Shown here in pieces: positions 12,176-26,074 of a stretch of 64,000 bases of DNA. The notes beneath the pieces were generated by a model. It was not told the origin of the DNA. It searched no databases and saw only the letters and a program-made list of their open reading frames with translations. Position numbers and translations under genes: made by a program. Within the stretch, counting starts at the first letter, position 1, and each line of letters starts with the position of its first letter. Source of the DNA: Eledone cirrhosa. Its lineage: Eukaryota. The DNA lies in the NCBI GenBank assembly GCA_964016885.1, contig OZ024745.1:94116001-94180000 (forward strand). Direction: 5' to 3'.

Positions 12176-12691
12176 ATGATGGCTGCAAACTCTGCTAAGA
12201 GTATTGTAATCGCTTGGCAGATTACAGAAAATGGTGCACCTTTAGGCTACGGCCAGCCATACGAACCTGTAACAGTTCTTGAAGAAACAATGCCTGTGCT
12301 TTTTTAAGTGGCGAAAGGTCTTGCACTCGACCAATCCCACTCTCTGAGCATCGAAAACACTATCCGAAAAGGAGAACTGGTCAACATCATCGGATGCTTC
12401 CGAAGCCGCAGGTTTTTTTTCAGAGTTTCCCTCTCCTAGAAAAGTGTTGTGACAACAACTGGGGGCCTTTCACTCTCAAGTGAAAACAAAAGTGCTATTT
12501 GGATGATCGTTCACTCTGCTGTGTTCCTCCAACCTTTGCCGGGTCTTGCATTTCATCACGTAGGGTGTCCAAATATAACCCTCCTCACCAAGCAAGCTTG
12601 GTGGGGTTGCCGGTTTAGTCGCCGACGACCCGACCATGAGACAGGTTGTACTGGGTTACATGTTACCAGTAGCACCGGAGAGCGACCTGAC
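12176..12691 (-). mobile_element. Non-autonomous bipartite RTE-derived element (5' UTR + 3' end), second subfamily
   Basis: Shares ctaggagagggaaactctga...gatgatgttgac...agagagtggga...cacaggcattg and the terminus gagtttgcagccatcat with the element at 32241-32700. Confidence 0.65.
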
Positions 12692-12889
12692 ACACACACA
12701 CACACACACACACGTACACACACGTACACACACACATACATATATATATGAATAAAAATAGACCTAGAAACAAGAATGTCCGTCATCAATAGCCTGCTGA
12801 TTATCATTGGTATTTCTTCGCATTAAAGACTAGATACCTAAAATCAGTGCGAGCGATAACTAGATTAAGTTATCGAGTCAGAGGAAAAT

Positions 12890-13254
12890 AGAGGAAAGGA
12901 AACAAACAACATGGTAGTAATGCAACGTAAAGAGAGGAAAAGAGAGACAAGTCAATGAATTTTGTGGGCTTAAGTCCGACAAATCAAATGACGAGAAGAA
13001 ATAGACGCGTCCGAGCCACGAGAAAAGTGAGAGAGGAAAGACACTTTCACTCACTCACTCTCTGCTACTCCCCCTCTCTCACTTCCTCCCGTCTGACCTG
13101 CGTGAAATATTCTTTCTTCTCTCACTTTTCTCGTGGCTCGGACGCGTCTGTTTCTTCTCGTCATTTAATTTGTCGGACTTAAGCCTACAAGATTCATTGA
13201 CTTGTCTCTCTTTTACGTTGCATTACTATCATGTTGTCTGTTTCCTTTCTTCTG
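12890..13254. repeat. Long imperfect inverted repeat (~150-160-bp arms), foldback/MITE-like
   Basis: 12890-13050 is the reverse complement of ~13100-13254 with a few mismatches and one indel. Confidence 0.8.
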
Positions 13255-14261
13255 TTTCAAAAACAAATATCATCATGCAATAATATTTGTGTTTTCATCA
13301 GATAAAATAGGAAGACATGATATGAAGGTTAAAAACACTTGTGGAGAGTGTAGTTTTAAATCAACATATGAAAAGTAGTTTTAGATTGATATTGGGGGAA
13401 AAGATTTTTTGAGGGGGGGGGGGGGGTTGGAAAGGATGAAAAGAGGAGGAGATGAGAGTAAAAAGTGGAGGGAGGAGTATAATGAGGAAGGATGAGATAG
13501 GAGGAGAGATGGGGGATATAGAGAGAGAGATAGCTTTTATAACTGAGAAAAATATATTGTTTTACATAGAGAGGTTGAAAAACCGTTGGAAGATAATGTA
13601 TAAATTAAAAGAATTTGAAAATTAACGAAGAGAAAAATAATGTAAAGTTAAGGTTTGTATATTGAAGGGTTTAATAATATGTGCGATGAAAAGAAATTGT
13701 TAATATGTATTAAGAATAATATTTAAGGGTTTAATAATATGTGCGATGGAAAGAAAATGTTAATATGTATTAAGAATAATATTTAAGGGTTTAATAATAT
13801 GTACGATGGAAAGAAAATGTTGATATGTATTATTAAAAAACAAAAGTAATGTAAGTAAGGATATATTGTGAGATGAGCATGAATAAGTTAGATGAAAGGG
13901 AGAAAAAAATAATGAATAGAGGATGAATAATCTAACGTAAAAAAAAATGTTTATGTTTACGAAGGATTTTTTCAAGGTGATATAAAGTAAGAATATATTG
14001 TATTGTGTAATAATTGTTTCTATGTTAGGCACAGTGAGAAAAGGTACAGATTAGGGGTTAGAAATTAAATGAAAAAGAAAAGAAAAGGAAAAGGAAGAAA
14101 AGGAAGTGATAAATAGGAGTGATATAGAATGAGTAACAAGTATTATATAATGTATAATAAATAACTTTGAAATAAGGTAGAAAGATGGGTATATTTTTAA
14201 AGAAGTATATATATATATGTGCCTTTGAGAAAAGGATTCTGAATTGATAAAGTTTAGGATA

Positions 14262-16646
14262 TTAGCTGTATACTTTATGGAAAGTTCTGTGGAATTTATG
14301 CAAGCAGATAGAAAACAAGTCAGTGCATCTATTTATAATAGAATCTAAATTAGATATAATGGTTAATTTTTCATTTAGACAGAGATTACAAGTCTTGGAT
14401 AGAGAACTGTTCAAGTATGAAGAAGCAGAGGAAACCTTTTTCCAAGAGATGTTATATTTAATATTTTTGTCTTTCAAGGACCATATGAGTTCTGAGAGAG
14501 CCGTGTTGGTTCTTTTAAGTTGGTTTTAAAAGACGAATGATGATTATAAAGACGAGCTTTAAAGGAGGTGGAAGTGGAGCCAAAATAGGTGAAGGAATTG
14601 GTGTCAGTTATAACTTTACATTCGTAGATTAAGTTTTTATCAAGACAATGGTTGTTGAGAGGACATTTATTTTTAGCAGGGCAATTGCAATTGCGATTAG
14701 AGAGATTATTAACGAGTGATCTAGTGTTATCTATAGAAGGAATTGGATTAGAGAAGTTATTTGCGATAGGAATAATAGTTTCTTGATTTAGAATGGGATT
14801 AAGAATATTTAGCGAAGGTGTGTTTGACGTTGTATTTGGGTTTGCAGAAATTAGCCTAGAGTTTACAGTGACGTCGGGAGTACTATTACTATTATTATGA
14901 TATTCAGTGTTGGAAGGAAGAGATTTAGTATTTAGTATTTTATTGTTGTGTTTAGAGATAATGTTGGAAATGTTGGAGGATGTCGAATAGGAAAATTTTA
15001 TAGTGTGTTTGTTAAATATTTTACTATAGATATGTGAGGGAGGGAAGCATTTATTTAAGGCACTAAAGAATAATTTAGGAATATTATTATTAATAGAGAT
15101 GGAGAAAGGAGCATTATACCAGATTATGTTTTTGTATCTAGGTCTTTTATTAAAGTTATTGGAATGATCATGATTAATTATTCTACTGTAAGATCTTCTA
15201 GAATTTGTTTCTTTATTATATTTGATTTTATCAGGATAGCCGGCTTTAGAAAGCGCGTTATTATAGTAATTGGCGTTAGCATCAAAGATGTTTTTATTAG
15301 AAGATAGGTTAGATATTCTTTTTCCAATATAACTAACTATAGCATTCTTAATATTAGTAGGGTGGTTAGATTTAAAATTAACATAATTTAGGTTCTCATT
15401 GTTTTTATGGTAAGGGTAATATAGGCCAGTGTCAAGATTAAGAGATACATCCAAGAAATTAGCTAGTTTGATGCTGTTATCAAATTCAATTTTTAGGTTA
15501 TGTTGGTTAAAGAGATTACGTATATTGTTCTTAATAATATTAATGTTAACTATGTTGCAATTTAAGATAGTAAAGAGTCCATCGTCACGATAAATTCCAC
15601 CGCGAAGTTGAGGAATTTTCCGACTCAAAGAGTTCAAAATAAAGATACCAATTAAATCTGTCAATTGGGATGAATCGAATGCTCCCATTGTGATGTCGAA
15701 GTTGTTAGAGGTATCAGCTCTGGTCCAATATTCATTGTTGAACTCAAGGATGGTTTTACGTGCGGTGAGAATGATGTGAAGTTCATCTGTGGTGATGTCA
15801 GAATATTTAAATGCGAAAGATAGAGTATAGTTGAGAAGTGAAGGCGAAATAGAAGAATAGTAGCTGGCAATATCAAATTGAACAAATTTTAGTTTGTTTT
15901 TATTATTCAATTTGTTGAACCAGCCAATCACTTCAGAAGTACCAAACCATAAATTTAAGTTCAAAGAAGAGCAATTAGAACGAACCTGTGGGATAATTCT
16001 ATCCAAGATGTCTTTACTAACAACCCCCAGATCTGATTTAGAGGGGGCGATTAATCTAACAGGTAGTTCAGTGCGAAAATTGTTTTTGTGATCCTTGAGA
16101 TTTATCCTCGGAGTTCTTGGGAGGAATGGTTCGGTCTTTTTCCCGATGCCAAGTTTTGACATAATCTCAGAGGCTTCAAAGTTTATGGATTCTAAATTAT
16201 CATGGTTGGTTTTACGATATTTTTTCCTAAGTTCCTTTAGGATGAGGTTGTTATAGTTATCCTTGGAAATACCATATAAATTATTGGTTTTGTCAGAGTG
16301 GACTAAAACATTTTTTGAGGAATTTAGGTTTGAAATTGTGTTCTTGAGATTTACAAGGTGCTCTTGTCCTTTGTAAGGGTATCTCTTGAATTTAAGATTT
16401 TTTATTATTTTAGTTAACTCTTCCTCGAATTGCACTAGATTTTTATTGGAAGGAGGATTTCTTCTAGAATTAAATAGATGATCGAGGAAGTTATGTTCTT
16501 TGGTATAGAAGTTCCCTTTTAGGCGCTGGTCATAGAAATAGGCTATCCATCTAAGTCTTCTTACGAAGGAGTCAGTTTTTTCAATTAGAAGTTTGGTGAA
16601 TTCAGATTTACCAGGTATAGGAATGTCTTTAGTTGAATTGGTTATG
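14262..16646 (-). CDS. PLE polyprotein: reverse transcriptase + C-terminal GIY-YIG endonuclease (one frameshift near 14525)
   Basis: Motifs STKDIPIP..RRLRWIAYF, HSDKT, QFDIASYYSSI, FDITMGAFDS, GIYRDDG, FLDV, SNHP, CNCxxxxxCPLxxxC, LIY..YFGSTSTSFKARLYNH, then in a second frame ALSELIWSLK..CNLCLNEK..CLH. The frame is open upstream of the track ORF to ~16646 without an ATG. Confidence 0.88.
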
Positions 16647-17251
16647 TTGTCCTTTGTAAGGGTATCTCTTGAATTTAAGATTTTTTATAATATTTGTTAA
16701 CTCTTCCTCGAATTGCATTAGATTTTTGTTGGAAGGAGGATTTCTTCTAGAATTAAATAGATGATCGTACATATTATTAAACCCTTAAATATTATTCTTA
16801 ATACATATTAACATTTTCTTTCCATCGCACATATTATTAAACCCTTAAATATTATTCTTAATACATATTAACAATTTCTTTTCATCGCACATATTATTAA
16901 ACCCTTCAATATACAAACCTTAACTTTACATTATTTTTCTCTTCGTTAATTTTCAAATTCTTTTAATTTATACATTATCTTCCAACGGTTTTTCAACCTC
17001 TCTATGTAAAAAAATATATTTTTCTCAGTTATAAAAGCTATCTCTCTCTCTCTATCACCCATCTCTCCTCCTATCTCATCCTTCCTCATTATACTCCCTC
17101 CCTCCACTTTTTACTCTCATCTCCTCCTCTTTTTCACCCCCCCCCCTCAACAAATCTTTTCCCCCAATATCACACATCAATCTAAAACTACTTTTCATAT
17201 GTTGATTTAAAACTGCACTATCCACAAGTGTTTTTAACCTTCATATCATGT

Positions 17252-17335
17252 CTTCCTATTTTACCTGATGAAAACACAAATATTATTGCATGATGATATT
17301 TGTTTTTGAAATGCGCATAATAAAATACATGGAAC
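17252..17335 (+). ncRNA. Type I hammerhead ribozyme in PLE pseudo-LTR
   Basis: CTGATGA 17265-17271. Long stem II acaaatattatt/gatgatatttgt. GAAA 17308-17311. Palindromic stem III ATGCGCAT + A17. Stem I tatttta/taaaata plus ttcc/ggaa. Confidence 0.75.
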
Positions 17336-17460
17336 TCTTTTAACCATCTTTTGATCTTATATATTATGTATACTCCAGTCCTTCAAACTGTAGAGTGCTT
17401 CTTATCCGATATCTGCATTGCTTTATTGTACTACAATAAAACTCACCTCCTACATACATA

Positions 17461-17511
<51 letters not shown>

Positions 17512-18384
17512 ATACAGACATACACATACATGTGTGTATGTGCATCGCATTTAGAGAGCTTCAAAGTTCCATTTCTACGTTCAAGAGAATACCCTTAATA
17601 GTTATTCATGCTGCTGCGAAATAAATCAAGAAATAAGATTTAGTTTCAGCTATACTTCCAGTAATTTTATTTTGCAAGTTTATTAATCAGTAATCGAATC
17701 GGAAGAAGTAAGAAGCAATACAGACGCTGAAAGCATGATAACAAACCTGTAACTTTTGTAATATCGAAATACATACCGAGCTAACAAAAGAGCATCGACG
17801 TAGTCAGATAATCTGCTAGAAAAAGCAACGAAATTTCCCTCTTAATACACAGTAAATCTTAAAATAAGTAGGCCACATTGGATAACGAAACTTTAATTAC
17901 AATATATCTGGAAGTAAGATGAAATGTTTACGGCTTGATTACTTTAATCATAGGTTTGTTTGATGAGCGCAGAACTTGGAGATAAACAACCATGGCCACG
18001 GCAACAACAACAACAACAATAAATGTCTAAATAACGCAGTTATTCAGAAGTTATGGGGAGATATCACTAACGTTGTTGAGTTATTTCTCGAGTAATCTAA
18101 GTTTTAGAAACGATGCATACACCCCCCCACATTTTATGTTCATACTCACACAAACGCATACACACACACAAACGCATGCACACACACAAACAAACGCATA
18201 CACACACAAACGCACACACACACAAACGCATACACACACATATGTGAATATATTCTTTATGAGCAGCAAATAGTTGTGAGAACGTCTGATAGAATACTTT
18301 GCAGTATTCATTCTGGTTTTCTACGTCTTTTCTGATCAAATTGCGCCGAAGTCAACTTTTTATCCTTTTGAGGTCGATATTTTG

Positions 18385-18790
18385 TCTCTTTCTTTCCATT
18401 TCTGGAAGAAACCGACTGTGTTCAGACCTGGAGGGGGATGATGACCACCGCCAGGTTTAAAATGCCCATGACGACATCCTTACGACTCCATCAGGAGTTA
18501 TTGATCCATACATATATTCTTATAGGCGGCGAATTGGCAGAGTTGTTAGAATGTTGGATACAACGAATGCTTTATGGTATTTGTTCCGACTCTCTGCTCT
18601 CTGAGTTCAAATCCCGCCGAGGTCAACTTTGCCTTTCATCCTTTCGAGGTCGATAAAAAAAGTACCAGGTCGATTCTTCCTCTCTCTGGAAGAAATCTAC
18701 TGTACTCAGGCCTGAAGAGAGATGGGCTCCGCCAGTCTTAAATGCCCTAGAAACACCGTATGTCAATACGGCGCCCCTACGAGTTATGAG
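18385..18790 (+). mobile_element. Two diverged copies of a short LINE-3'-like repeat flanking a SINE family A copy (18526-18672)
   Basis: tctggaagaaa..ctgt..tcag.cctg.ag.g.gatg..cgccag..t.aaatgccc occurs at ~18400 and ~18685. Confidence 0.5.
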
Positions 18791-18801
18791 AATACATACA
18801 T

Positions 18802-19204
18802 ACATGCATACATGGTGGCTGCCAACTCGCTTTCGAGTACGGCCACTACTTTATATCCATGTAGGAGAACCCCTACCGATGCGCTGAACGAGTGTGACTT
18901 TTTAGTCCAGCCAGCGACTTGAAAACTCTGGTACAAACACTACACTTGTGACAATTATTGACACATAGTGCTGGGCCCATGGTACCATGTGACGACAAGT
19001 GCAGAGAGATCTCCAGATATAAAGCAATGCCTGTGCCGTGAAGCTTTTATAGTGAGCAAAGGCACTGCACAAAGCCAGTCCCACTCTCTTAACCAAGATG
19101 ATATTTACCAAAAAAAGAACAAGTCAACATCATTGGATACCATCAGGGTTGCAGGTGTTATATCAGAGTTTTCCTTCTCCTAGAATTCTGCCTTGACAAA
19201 GGCA
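18802..19204 (-). mobile_element. Non-autonomous bipartite RTE-derived element
   Basis: Near-identical to 32308-32700 in opposite orientation, flanked by (CATA)n on both sides. Confidence 0.85.
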
Positions 19205-19268
19205 TGCATACATACATACATACATACATACATACATACATACATACATACATACATACATACATACA

Positions 19269-19299
<31 letters not shown>

Positions 19300-19519
19300 C
19301 TGTAGTGTTGTTATTTGAAATAAGTTTTTCATGATTTTCTTGATTTTTATTAATAAAACGTTTGATACCACCCCCGAAAATATGTTTGTATATATAACAA
19401 CATCAGTGGTTGGTTAGTTCTAACATAGGTCAGTTTTAACTTAGTAGCAATACTTGACTGATCCACAATCTTAAGCCAGGTCAATCCTATAATCGTGGAA
19501 TGGAATGTAATTCTCCTCT

Positions 19520-19815
19520 GTTGGTTTCGACGATGATTGTTCCAGTCGTTAGATCAATGGAGCATCTTGCTCATGAAATTAACGTGTAAGTGACTGAGCA
19601 TTCCAGAGACATAGCTCTCAGGTTGATTCAGTGTAAAAAACTGATACAGTTCATCTAACGGGGTTCGAATGTTTCTCTCCACTCAATTTTGCTCTCAAGA
19701 CATGGGTTGACCCGAGGCTTTGGTAAATGAAACATGCCCAAGATGTGCTATAGTGGGATCGAAGCTGGGTCACAATGATTGCGAAATCAACTCCTTAACC
19801 ATTCGGTCATACTGC
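19520..19815 (-). mobile_element. SINE family C-like / composite diverged SINE
   Basis: Homologous to 34205-34450 and 39120-39255. tRNA-like head near 19750-19810. Confidence 0.5.
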
Positions 19816-19819
19816 GCCG

Positions 19820-20060
19820 TGGTCAACTTTGCTTTTTATCCTTCTGGGGTTGATAAAATAAAGTACCAGTAAAGTTGATTTTCCCCTTTCCCCATATTAC
19901 TGGCCTTGTACCTATGTTAGACAGAATTAATCTCACGAAGGTTAACTTTGCCTTTCATCTTTCCGCGATCGATAAAATAATGTACCAGTCAAGTACTAGG
20001 GTCGATTTAATCGACTTTCCCCTCCTCTCAAACTACTGACCTTGTGCCTTAATTAAACAC
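19820..20060 (+). mobile_element. Two SINE family A fragments
   Basis: Family A core present twice. Confidence 0.7.
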
Positions 20061-20829
20061 CATTGTTATTGATGTTTTCTACTATATTTTCTTTGTTAAG
20101 TTTATAGCTGTTGCTTTTATTGTTCTTGTTGGTAATGCTATTGTAATTTGATGTTTTGTTGACATTCTCTTTCCATTGTTGTCCTTGTCAATGTTAATAA
20201 TTTTGTATTTTCCAGCTTCCATTGAATGTTTTTTTCTTTTTGTCGTTATCATTGCTTTTGGTGATGTCGTTGTTAGTTTTATTGTTGTATTGTTACTATT
20301 ATTTGTTGTTTATATTGCTGCCTTTTGTTTTTGTATTAGTGGTGTGTTACACCACAGCATTATTGATGTTTTCAGAGTTAATAACTACACATTCCTTATA
20401 TTTCTCAGAAAACACGGAAAATAATCAATTTTTTCGCTATGCCAAGCAAAATATGTATCTAATTTTTGTCTTAGTTAAGGAAACACTTGATGGTTTTCTC
20501 AAGCCATAAATAATTCTTTTTAACATTGGCACAAGATCAGCAGTTTTTTGGGAATGATAAAATCGATTATATCGACCTCAATAGTACTTAACTAGTACTT
20601 TATTTTCTTGACTCGGGAAAGATGAAAGGCAAATCAGAACGTAACACTGCAAATTAATTTGTCCGATGCTATCCCGATTCTTCCAATCCACCGCTCTCAA
20701 GCTATGAATAATAATGGTATCTAATTTAGACACAAGGCTAGTAATTTGGATGGAGGAAAACTTATATACCCCCATCCACGAGAGTGATTTGTTAAGCGCA
20801 AGATTACACATTTCCTAAAGTGAGGAAAC

Positions 20830-21470
20830 TACGCCCAAACCGAAATTGTTTAACCAACTGGGCATTAGACTAACTCATTCATTTTAGATGAACAACAAGT
20901 CATTTCCGTGGATCACCTAAAAATACACAAGAATAAACTAATCAATGAAACATGCGAAAATGTGAATGTAACCTCACCAATTGACTTAAAGATCTATTAT
21001 AGAAGGCTGGATTTGCGAGCCTTCTATAATACGTCATAGACATCTTAGTGAATCTTCTCCTCAAACACATCCTGAGCTTCCCACGGGATAATCAAGATAT
21101 ACTCAAACATTTGCTAAATAAGGTAGGCCACAACACCTACATATTTTCGTTGAATGTCGTAAAACTATATAGCAACGTTCCACACGAATACAGAATCGAG
21201 GCTATTAAATACTATCTAAACTCATTCCATTATGAACTACCAGACCGTATTGATAGAAAAATCATTATAGATGGTCTTCAGTTTATCTTTAAAACAACAA
21301 TTATTTCATGTTCAACGAAGCAGCCTACCGACAAAAGTAATCAGGAACAGCTATGGGAACAAAAGTTGCACCAACATATGCCAACCAGCCTAGTCATGGC
21401 TTACCTGAATTGAAAATATCCAACTGTTATATAAAAGAAAACTAGAAAAGATACCTGGATGGCTGCTTTA
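20830..21470 (+). pseudogene. Degenerate PLE reverse transcriptase fragment
   Basis: Motifs LNVVKLYSNVPH..IEAI.Y.L, GTAMGTKVAPTYA.LVMAYL and KRYLDGCFI across frameshifts. Confidence 0.8.
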
Positions 21471-21484
21471 TCTATATATATATA

Positions 21485-21614
<130 letters not shown>

Positions 21615-21641
21615 ATATATATATATATATATATCTATCTA

Positions 21642-23305
21642 TCTATACATATATATAAAACTGAAATGGTTTGTGTGTGTGTGTCCTAAGTTTTGCAAAG
21701 TCTATACAAATCCACATTTCTACTCCAATTGACTTCAAACTTGCATTTATATATTCCTTGTGGTCTAAAGATATTAACAGCAGCTTTTAATTTTCAATTT
21801 TCTGTTGTTAAAGGGGTGTTAGGCGCCGGTTATCAATCTCTCTCTCTTTCTTAGTCTGTCTTTTTAGATAGATACATAGCTATAACGTCGCGCCCTTATA
21901 ATATCTGTCTGTATGTCTGGCTGTCTGCATTACGACATTATGAAAACATTGCTCTCATTGCTGACATATTATCTTCGTTATTTTTCGTTCATTGCCAGGG
22001 AACGTCATCACGAACCAAAGTATCGTCTTCCTGTTTTCCTTCGGTTGCAACGTTTTTCGAAATATTTACTTCTGCGTTCACAGATTGACTTTTTAGTTTC
22101 AGAAGATCCCGTTAAGGGTGAAAGCAGCGATTCTTTGCTTAAACTTTAATCTGTTATTTTAATATATATATATATATAATTATATATTCGTGTACAGATA
22201 TTTTTGCATACACAAAAATAAAATATAAACAAACTTATTTATTTCAGGACGCACAGATGGCTTATCGTCATTGTTACTGCCGATAAGCCACCCCAAAAGC
22301 CACACTACTTTTGGCACAAGGCCAGCAATTACATAGTCAACGGATCGGCGTTTTTTGCACTAAAACTTTAAGCCGATATTCCCAGTTGCTTTAATATTTT
22401 TTTGCTGGCGTTAAGCGGTAATTTCTATCTATGCTGGTACATAAGCGAGGCAAGCCAGCCCAGGTTAACAATTACACTTGAGAATACCTTTCCGACGGTC
22501 GGCTTATTTTTCAATCAGTAAGTGTCATTTACTAATTCTTTTGCTAACAATCCTGAGATATTCCCACTTACCCCAGTTGCTTTAATATTTTTTTTGCAAT
22601 ACTTCCTGAGACATAATTACTTACCCCCGTTGCACACATTATTATTAGTGTTAGTACCAAGCCATACGCCCCATTACGTACATAGATAGAAATAGTGGAT
22701 TTTTTTAGAAAGCCTCCGCCAAAAATATCCCCACAACTATGTTAAAAATCACGTATTCCCCAACAGTCAGGCTTCATTTTGAATGTGCTCTGCATTTCGG
22801 ACAGACAATACAGTGCAGAGGGGCGGAATAGTGTTAAAGCAAACCGTCTTAAGTTAAGTCGACAATTGTAGTTGTTGAGGCACGGTGGTTCGACAATCGG
22901 TCACAAACTAACCTATTACCCAAGTGAGTTTTAGACTGAAAACTATTAACCTCTTCTACATCAACTAACCTAAGCATGAACAGATACTCAAACTTACGAG
23001 CCCCCCTTGGACCTGGTTTTCTGCATCCACAAGTTATGCGTTGTTGCTTAATATATCCTAGGCTATGCCCCCAAAGAAGAGAGTTTGTTTTGGAAGAAAA
23101 ACGCCCTTTTCAAAAAGACTGCAAAGGAGGAGAGCAAATGAACAGTCCCCAGAAGCTGCTATTAGCCCATTGCAAAACGATGCATCAACACCCACTGCCC
23201 GAACTGCTGAGAGTGACGGACAGCGTGACCTTAGACCGGCAACAAATGATTTATCAGAAACGGACGTCCGATCTGCTGAGAATGACAACTGTCACAGAAG
23301 GAGTA
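21642..23305 (+). mobile_element. Helitron 5' portion (TC start, 5' UTR, start of RepHel ORF)
   Basis: Begins TCTATACATATATATAAAACTGAA..gtttgtgtgt, a typical animal Helitron 5' end. ORF 23065 MPPKKRVCFGRKTPFSKRLQRRRANEQSPE..ARTAESDGQR resembles basic/charged RepHel N-termini. Truncated by a PLE fragment. Confidence 0.6.
22095..22145 (+). ncRNA. Hammerhead-like motif with variant core CAGAAGA
   Basis: agttt-CAGAAGA-tccc gttaa gggt-GAA-Agca gcgattctt tgcT-T-aaact. Identical motif at 50034-50084. Confidence 0.55.
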
Positions 23306-23309
23306 TGAA

Positions 23310-24049
23310 AAGAAGGGGCTCAACAATATTTCTATGAACAATGCACGTAGACAGCTAAACTGTACTTTCAACTTCTTAATTTTCTCCAAATAAAACAAGT
23401 TTCTTGTCGGTTGCAAGTGAAGTTGTTTTTCACTGTGAAAGTTTGGCCATCTTTAAACGTGAATTTTTGCCCTTCAATTAAATATAGGCATGTTCCACAG
23501 TTTGTTCTTCCTCATTTTGTTACCGTAAGGTTGGAGATAAGTTTGTGTGTGTTTGTTCCTGTGAGGATGTGTTTTAGTGATTTTGGTTGCCTTTTGCTTT
23601 TGATGATCTTGTGTGTTTCTAGAATTTTTTAAATTTTTTCTTCTTTAAATAGAATGGGGAGGTTTTTGTGTAGGAGGTCGAATATTTCGGTGTTTCTGGG
23701 GTTGAACGTGGATAGATATTGTAAGGTATTGTTTGTGGTGCTGTGCTTTGGGTTGTTGGGTTGATGAACATTTGCGTGTTTTGCTATATCTATGCCGTTA
23801 TTAATTATGTTAAGAGGGCTCTTAAGGTAAGTGTGTTTTTGAGTTCATTTAGCCTTTGTTCCCGTTTAGCTGGGTCTGATATTATGGTACATATACATTT
23901 GAAAGGGATGTTAAGTTTTGTATGTTTTGGGTGATTTGATGTGAATAGGAGGTACTGTTTGGAGTCCGTGGGTTTGTAATAGATGTCTGTTTATATTTTC
24001 CCATCTGTTTTTAGAATGAGAAAATCCTTGGAGTTAGATTCCATTGTGA

Positions 24050-24055
<6 letters not shown>
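23310..24055 (-). pseudogene. Degenerate PLE RT thumb/linker fragment (Neptune-type)
   Basis: IQFTMESN..TDIYYKPTDSKQYLLFTSNHPKHTKLNIPF...KCGRTNCGTCLYLIEG..NNFTCN. Confidence 0.8.
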
Positions 24056-24127
<72 letters not shown>

Positions 24128-24142
24128 TGTATATATATATAT

Positions 24143-25906
<1,764 letters not shown>

Positions 25907-25990
25907 CATATATATGTGTGTATATATATACATACTATGTGTATGTATATATGTATGCGTATGTATGAATATATATGTATATATATGTAA

Positions 25991-26060
<70 letters not shown>

Positions 26061-26074
26061 ATATATAAATTAAA

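Larger units (their letters stand above)
13255..17450 (-). mobile_element. Near full-length Penelope-like retroelement with inverted pseudo-LTRs (probably Hydra clade)
   Basis: RT + GIY-YIG ORF. 13255-13807 and 16764-17311 are high-identity inverted repeats containing 60-bp tandem subrepeats and a hammerhead. Ends at a (TA/CATA)n microsatellite. Confidence 0.9.

Noticed and set aside
14515-14540. Programmed -1 frameshift in the PLE endonuclease
   Set aside because: There is no in-frame X XXY YYZ slippery heptamer, and the shift splits the EN domain. A homopolymer indel (mutation or sequencing error) is simpler.
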